Positions 57,330-64,000 of a DNA stretch of 64,000 nucleotides are shown in pieces; within the stretch, counting starts at the first letter, position 1; every line of letters begins with the position of its first letter. The notes beneath the pieces were generated by a model. The model was not told the origin of the DNA, searched no databases, and was given only the letters and a program-made list of their open reading frames with translations. A program made the translations under genes and the position numbers. Origin of the DNA: Scyliorhinus canicula (lineage: Eukaryota); NCBI RefSeq assembly GCF_902713615.1, contig NC_052149.1, positions 126,297,256-126,361,255 of the forward strand. The letters run 5' to 3'.

Positions 57330-58488
57330 CCAGAGACCGCACTATGAGAGAACCTGATGAATGCAGACAGTAAAGAAGGGGAGACTCTGTGGGAAAATAT
57401 ATGGACAGTTACTGGACAGAGCCCGAACACCACTAAACGAGATCAGATGGAAATGGGAGGACGGACTGGGGACAGAAGTGGGGTGAGGACCCTGGAGCGA
57501 GGCACTGAGCAGGGCCAACTCCTGCACAAGGCTCAGCCTAATGCAGCTCAAAGTGGTGCACAGAGTTCACCTGACCAGAACCCGAATGAGCAGGTTCTTC
57601 CCGGAGGTAGAGAATAAATGTGAACGGTGTCAGAGGGGCCCGGCCAACCACACCCATATGTTCTGGGCTTTTCCTAAACTTGCTGGGTTCTGGACAGCCT
57701 TCTCCGAGGCAATGCCCAAGGTTGTGGGGGTGAGGGTGAAGCCATGCCCAAATGTGGCAATCTTCGGGGTATCGGAGCAGCCAGAGTTACACATGGGGAA
57801 GGTGCCGACTCCCTTGCTTTACGCTTCCCTAATCGCACGCTGGAGAATCCTGCTCGGCTGGCGATCGGCAGCACCGCACAAAGCACCGACCAAAGGTTCA
57901 ATATGCCATCCGAGGGTCTGAGGAAGGCTTCCTAAACGCATGGGGGCTGTTCGTCGGCCTGTTCCAGGACCTGTTCGAGGCCAGCAACAACCAATAGATA
58001 GGGAAACTGGAAAGTTAGGAAGAAAAGAGAGAGGAAAAAGAAAAGAAAGACGAGGAGCCGCGGGAACGCGCATCACGGTGGGGGGGGGGGGGGGGGGGGT
58101 GTTTGCGGAAGAGAAGGAAGGGCTAGAGAGGCACAAAAGAGACAATGCGGGAGGGAGGGGACAAACCCCACCCCCCACCCCCAGCCACAGCCACAGGAGA
58201 AACATGGCCGAAGCCGACGAGGGAAGAAAGGAAAGAGGGGGGGATGGGAGAAGAAGGGGAACACAATCCAGCCCAACCAAAAAGGGCACAAGGGGGGGGT
58301 TGTACGGGAGGGAGGGGCAGGGCTGGGGTAGGGGCGGGAAGGACCGCAGACTGGATATCGGAAAATTCAAGGGAAGAAAAGGGCAAACCTTTTTGTATTC
58401 TACAGAGCAGGAAAATGAACGGCAATGAAAATAATTTTTGATAATTCTTGAAAATACCAATAAAAAGATTTTTAAAAAATAATAAAAT
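57330..58488 (+). mobile_element. 3' fragment of a third L1-clade subfamily
   Basis: MQLKVVHRVHLT...CERCQRGPANHTHMFW, then a G-rich 3' UTR and an A-rich tail. Confidence 0.85.
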
Positions 58489-58791
58489 CCTAAAGTCAAG
58501 AGCTGACAGTAAGAGTAAACAGAAGCGGCACCTCTTACACACCAGGCAATCACATCAGGACTTAAAGTTAAGGACAAATTATGGACGGGGTCAAAGGTAA
58601 GAAACCCTCACTGGAGGATAGAATATCCGAGTATGTAGGCGATGAACTGACTATTGAGTGTACAGGAGCTGCTGGACACTAACTGCCTGAGGAGGGGGCA
58701 GCAGAGTGAGCAGATAGCAGCTCACACAGAGAATCAAAGGGAAACGCAGTTTGGCTGCTCTATATACAGAGACAAATTCAAATTCTCACAG
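58488..58791 (+). repeat. Inverted paralog of 19520-19809
   Basis: Direct alignment to the reverse complement. Confidence 0.9.
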
Positions 58792-59225
58792 GTACATGAG
58801 ATGAAGGAAAGCAAAGGGGGCAGGAGGGGACTGAAGTAAGAATAGGATAACATGGACAAGGCGTGGGGCGGGGATCTGTGTGTGTGGGGCAGGGGGGGTG
58901 GGGGGGGGGTGGCAGGAGGGAGGTAAAGGGACAATAGAAAAGGTTATAGGAAGGTATCGGAGATGAGGCTGATATCGCCATCGTCTGGTTAAAATGCTGT
59001 GTGAACTGTAAAATAAATCTTGTGTAAGTGAGTGGATTGAGATTCTGTCGGTGTGTTTTGAATCGGGGTTAATACCCTCGAGGTTCAGTCTGAGCTGCCC
59101 ATTAACCTCCTGCCAAGAACTGCAGTTAGCGCAGCTTCTGTGGCTGCTACTTCGACAGTTAAATCCTTCACTTGGTCCATTGCCCTGAGTGCTGGGGCTG
59201 TCTGCAAATCTCACTTTCATTGTTC

Positions 59226-59523
59226 AATAATAATAATCTTTATTGTCACAAGTCGGCTTATATTAACGCTACAATGAAGTTACTGTGAAAATCCCCCAGT
59301 CGCCACATTCGGGTACACAGAGAGAGAATTCAGAATGTCCAATTCACCTAACAGCACGTCTTTCAGGATGTGTGGGAGGAAACCGGAACACCCGGAGGAA
59401 ACCCACGTAGACACGGGGAGAACATGCAGACTCTGCACAGACAGTGACCCAAGCCGGGAATCATACCTGGGACTATGGCGCTGTGAAGCATCAGTGCTAA
59501 CCACTGTGCTACCATGCCACCCC
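59226..59523 (-). mobile_element. V-SINE/HE1-like SINE
   Basis: gggtggcatggtagcacagtggttagc head and (ATT)n tail. Confidence 0.85.
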
Positions 59524-59559
59524 CACTCCCTCATACCATCCACACTTCACCCCTTCTGT

Positions 59560-60100
59560 AGGGATGTGGATGTCGCTGAACGTCTTTCAATGAATTCCCT
59601 ACAGCATCCCGTCAGTGCCAAGAATGATCTGAGTGCTGTGACTGAGTCTGCTCGCATTAACTCTCACGCTGCCTTAGGGCGGGATCCTACTGTAATGAAG
59701 CTATGTCCCCCACGCCGGCGTGAAAAGCGGCGCCAACCACTGAGGTGTCAACGTTCCGAATGTTGGGAAATGCTCCCCTTCCTAGGGGGCTAGGTTGGCG
59801 CCATAGTGGTCCCCACAGCTCCAGCGGCGTGGAACGTTCCGCGCGAGTTTATGCATGAGCGGAATAGCCGGCGTGATTCCGCGCATGCGCGGGGGTTCCC
59901 TTCTCTGTGCCGGCCCCCGGGCTGTATGGCGGAGCCCAGCGCAGAGTAAAATAGGCCCCCACAGAACCAGCCCGCCCACCGATCGGTAGGCCCCGATCGC
60001 AGGCCAGGCAACCGGGCTCGGATACCCCCCCGCACCCCCTCCAGGACGGCCCCCACAGACTCACCTTACAGGTCCCGCGGTATGGGACCTAGTAACTCAC
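59560..60100. mobile_element. Harbinger MITE fragment
   Basis: GC-rich sequence similar to the interior of the 10958-11680 MITE. Termini not resolved. Confidence 0.5.
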
Positions 60101-60939
60101 TATGGGGATCATGTTCCAAAAATTCACCACCCTCTGCGAGAGGTAGTGCCTCCTCATCTCAGTTCTAAATCTTCCATCTCTCAATCTATATCTGTGACCT
60201 CTCATTCTAGATTGCCCCACAAGGGCCAACACTTGGGGCTGGATTCTCCATTTCTTAGACTAAATGTTGATGCCAACGCAGAATTCGTGGACTTTAATGA
60301 CAGAAAATCTGATGCATCACCTGGACCGATTCAGCTACTGTTGAGGGGTTAGCACCGGCACTACACGGAACACAATCGATTCCAATGAGAAACGGTGCCG
60401 GATTCACGGGATTCCCGATTGACCCTCAGGAGGCTGACAAGCTGCAGCCGCATATTCACACTTCACTCCTCACACCATCCCGGCCAACAAGATGGCAACA
60501 AGAAGAGCAGCCTCGCGGTTTACCAATGCCAAGCTGGAGACCCTCTTGGACGCCGTGGAGGAGAGTCGGATGGCCCTGTACCATGACCCGGGAAGGAGGC
60601 TGCCAGCGCCGCTGTTCACGGTGCCTGGGCGCAAGTGGCAGAGGCGGTCAGTGCCATGGCAACACAGTCCGGATCGGCCAGCAGGGCCGGAAAAAACTGC
60701 ACAACCTCCTCAGGGCAGCCAGTATGACGGGGCAGCACTGTACCACTGGCACCAACCCCGGTAACCCGATCTGCCCACCCGAGGGTGGCCAAACCCACAC
60801 CCTGCACCGCATGTTGGCACCTATACTGGCTGCCATGGCCAAGTGCCCTGGCCACTGAGGACACCAGCTACCCACCCCCTGGGCTGCATGTGTCGGACTG
60901 TCTAATGGTGTTTTCTGTTTGCACCCTCCCCAGCCCAAT

Positions 60940-62822
60940 CCATCACAGGAACCTGCCTCCCATCCATGGACTCCATCTACACCTCCCGCTGCCCGGGGAA
61001 AGCAGGCAGTATAATCAAGGACCCCTCCCACCCGGCTTACTCACTCTTCCAACTTCTTCCATCAGACAGGAGATTCAGAAGTCTGGGAACACGCACGAAC
61101 AGACTCAAAAACAGCTTCTTCCCCACTGTCACCAGACTCCTAAATGACCCTCTTATTGACTGACCGTATTAACACTACACCCTGTATGCTTCATCCGATG
61201 CCGGTGCTTATAAGACCATAAGACATAGGAGTGGAAGTAAGGCCATTCGGCTCATCGAGTCCACTCCGCCATTCAATTATGGCTGATGGGCATTTCAACT
61301 CCACCTACCAGCATTCTCCCTGTAGCCCTTAATTCCTCGCGACATCAAGAATTTATCTATCTCTGCCTTGAAGCCATTTAGCGTCCCGGCCTCCACTGCA
61401 CTCCGCAGCAATGAATTCCACAGGCCCACCACTCTCTGGCTGAAGAAATGTCTCCGCATTTCTGTTCTGAATTTACCCCCTCTAATTCTAAGGCTGTGCC
61501 CACGGGTCCTCGTCTCCTCGCCTAACGGAAACAGTTTCTTTGCGTCCACCCTTTCTAAGCCATGTAGAATAGAATAGAACAGTACAGCACAGAACAGGCC
61601 CTTCGGCCCTCGATGTTGTGCCGAGCAATGATCACCCTACTTAAACCCACGTAACCCGTATCCCAACAATCCCCCCATTAACCTTACACTACGGGCAATT
61701 TAGCATGGCCAATCCACCTAACCCGCACATCTTTGGACTGTGGGAGGAAACCGGAGCACCCGGAGGAAACCCACGCACACACAGGGAGGACGTGCAGACT
61801 CCACACAGACAGTGACCCAGCCGGGAATCGAACCTGGGACCCTGGAGCTGTGAAGCATTGATGCTAACCACCATGCTACCGTGAGGCCCCACGTATTATC
61901 TTGTAAGTTTCTAGTAGATCTCCCCTTAACCTTCTAAACTCCAAAGAATACAATCCCAGGATCCTCAGCCGTTCATCATATGTTAGACCCGCCATTCCAG
62001 GGATCATCCGTGTGAATCTCCGCTGGACACGCTCCAGTGCCAGTATGTCCTTCCTGAGATGTGGGGCCCAAAACTGGACACAGTACTCCAAATGGGGCCT
62101 AACCAGAGCCTTATAAAGGCTCAGTAGCACATTGCTGCTTTTATATTCCAACCCTCTTGAGATAAATGACAACATTGTATTCGCTTTCTTAATCACGGAT
62201 TCAACCTGCATGTTTACCTTTAGGGAATCCTTGACTAGCACTCCCAGATCCCTTTGTACTTTGGCATTATGAATTTTCTCACCGTTTAGAAAGTAGTCTA
62301 TGCTTGGATTCTTTTTTCCAAAGTGCAAGACCTCACATTTTCTCACGTTGAATTGCATCAGCCATTTCCTGCACCACTCTCCCAAACTGTCTAGATCCTT
62401 CTGCAGCCTCCCCACTTCCTCAGCACTACCTGCCTGACCACCTAACTTTGTATCATCGGCAAACTTCGCTAGAATGCCCCCAGTCCCTTCATCCAGATCA
62501 TTAATATATATGGTGAACAGCTGTGGCCCCAACACTGAACCCTGTGGGACACCGCTGGTCACCGGCTGCCATTCCGAAAAAGAACCTTTTATCCCAACTC
62601 TCTGCCTTCTGTCAGACAGTCAATCCTCAACCCATGCCAGTAGCTCACCTCGAACACCATGGGCCTTATGTAGTTACATTGTATATCTTGTGTTGCCCTA
62701 TAATGTATTTTCTTTTATTCCCTTTTCCTTCCATGTACTGAATGATCTGTTGAGCTGCTTGCAGAAAAATACTTTTCACTGTACCTCGGTACACGTGACA
62801 ATAAACAAATCCAATCCAATCC
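60940..62822 (+). mobile_element. Rex1/Babar-type LINE 3' end, split by a CR1
   Basis: IIKDPSHPAYSLFQLLPSDRRFRSLGTRTNRLKNSFFP. The 3' UTR resumes at 62666 and ends in (ATCCA)n. Confidence 0.75.
61211..62665 (-). mobile_element. 5'-truncated CR1, itself containing a SINE at 61565-61889
   Basis: GVPQGSVLGP...FADDTK...RPHLEYC and a (CTTATGGT) tail. Host sequences rejoin across both inserts. Confidence 0.9.
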
Positions 62823-63919
62823 ACCCACCCAGGAGAAAGGGACGTATAACCGCCGGAAGCGGGAGAAGACAGGAGAGTGACCCCCAACCCTTCGGCCCCT
62901 TACCCTGGCAGAGCAGAGGGCACTGGACTTGGTCAGTGGACCGGAAAACAGGAAGGTCGCCGGGGTGAGGTTTGGCCGTGGGCGAGGAAGTGAGACCCCG
63001 TTTAATTGCGATTCCCCATGTAACATGGCAACCCCACACTCACTTCACCCCCACCCCAGAACCCTCCACCCACGTGCCCACTGCCACCAACCCCCGGCTC
63101 ACATTCTAATCATGTGTCTTGTCTTGTGTCTTGCAGGACCTGCTGGTGATGGGGTGATTCCATCTGCTGCCCCCCGACCCCAGCCACAGCCTGAGCCCCC
63201 CCCCCCCCCCCCCCCCCCCCCCCATGAGCTGAGCAGTGACGGGGATCGCAGGTCAGACACCAGTCCTCCGCCCGAGACTCAGGAGACCCCAGTGCTTGGG
63301 TCAGAGGATGACAGTGATTTCCCATCACAGCTGTCTCCAACACCCACCACCATCCCAGAAACATTCACCTTGGTTGGGCACTTTAATGAAGGGGCTTCTG
63401 GGACACTACCTGGTGCTCACCAAACAGCTGACCCGGTTAAGCAGGTGGAGGTAGGAACAGCCGAGGGGGTGGATGGTAGGAGGGTGGCCGAACCCAGGGG
63501 CCAGCTCCCGTGCAGATGGATTCTGGGATCCTGGGGCAATCTCATCTATAATGGAGACACAGTGGCAGAGCCGAGGACTCCATGACGGTTATCGGCGAGC
63601 ATCCAGCACCTGCAGGCAGAGGTGGAGGAGTCCAACTGCGGGAAACAGCAGGATGTGATGCCGACAATGCGTGCCACCCAGGCCGACACTGCACGATGTG
63701 GCATCCACGGTGGAGGCACTGAGGCAATGGTTTCGGCTATGGTGCAGCATGTCGAAGGCCTGGGGCATTCTGTGCAGGCGCTGGCCGAGGCCCAGGACAG
63801 TGTTGCTGCCTCACAGGCAGCCATATGCCAGAGCGACTTGGACATCGCTGCGGCGAACCTGAGCGTGGTCCAATCACAGCGGGCCATCGCTGGGAAAGTC
63901 AGCCGCTGGCCGACATGGT

Positions 63920-64000
63920 CAGACCCAGAGGGAGATGGCCCAGACCCAGAGGGAGATGGCCCAGACCCAGAGGGAGATGGCCCAGACCCAGAGGGAGATG
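63920..64000 (+). repeat. 21-bp repeat (CAGACCCAGAGGGAGATGGCC, QTQREMA), at least 4 units, runs off the window
   Basis: Units start at 63920, 63941, 63962 and 63983. Confidence 0.9.

Larger units (their letters stand above)
60235..64000 (+). mobile_element. Harbinger element with spliced Myb/SANT gene relic, continuing past the window
   Basis: GGGCTGGATTCTCC terminus. Exon 1 from 60492 (MATRRAASRFTNAKLETLLDAVEE), exon 2 at 62833-62989 (EKGTYNRRKREKTG...LTLAEQRALDL), exon 3 from 63137. Confidence 0.8.

Overview
Eukaryotic, repeat-dominated window from a cartilaginous fish (shark; the repeat families resemble catshark/Scyliorhinus, which is an inference). The only host coding sequences I can support are two same-orientation immunoglobulin light-chain constant exons of the kappa/type III (NS4-like) class: a 5'-truncated one at 1-189 and a complete one at 25847-26175. 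They sit in two copies of a segmental duplication, and I found no V or J segment between them. Most of the rest is nested transposable elements. These include three L1-clade LINEs (one full length with a 16-bp TSD and a 21-bp ETS-motif array as its 5' end), many CR1 LINEs, L2 and Rex1-type relics, V-SINE/HE1-like SINEs, PIF/Harbinger derivatives and MITEs, two Gypsy LTR elements and a decayed endogenous retrovirus. The best leads are: a Gypsy LTR whose primer-binding position pairs 15/16 with its own polyA-signal region (possible self-priming or polyA masking); the C-C arrangement without V-J; the L1 5' tandem array; the ERV relic; and several breakpoint-resolvable inversions. Identities and copy numbers are by-eye counts, and family names come from recalled motifs, not database searches.
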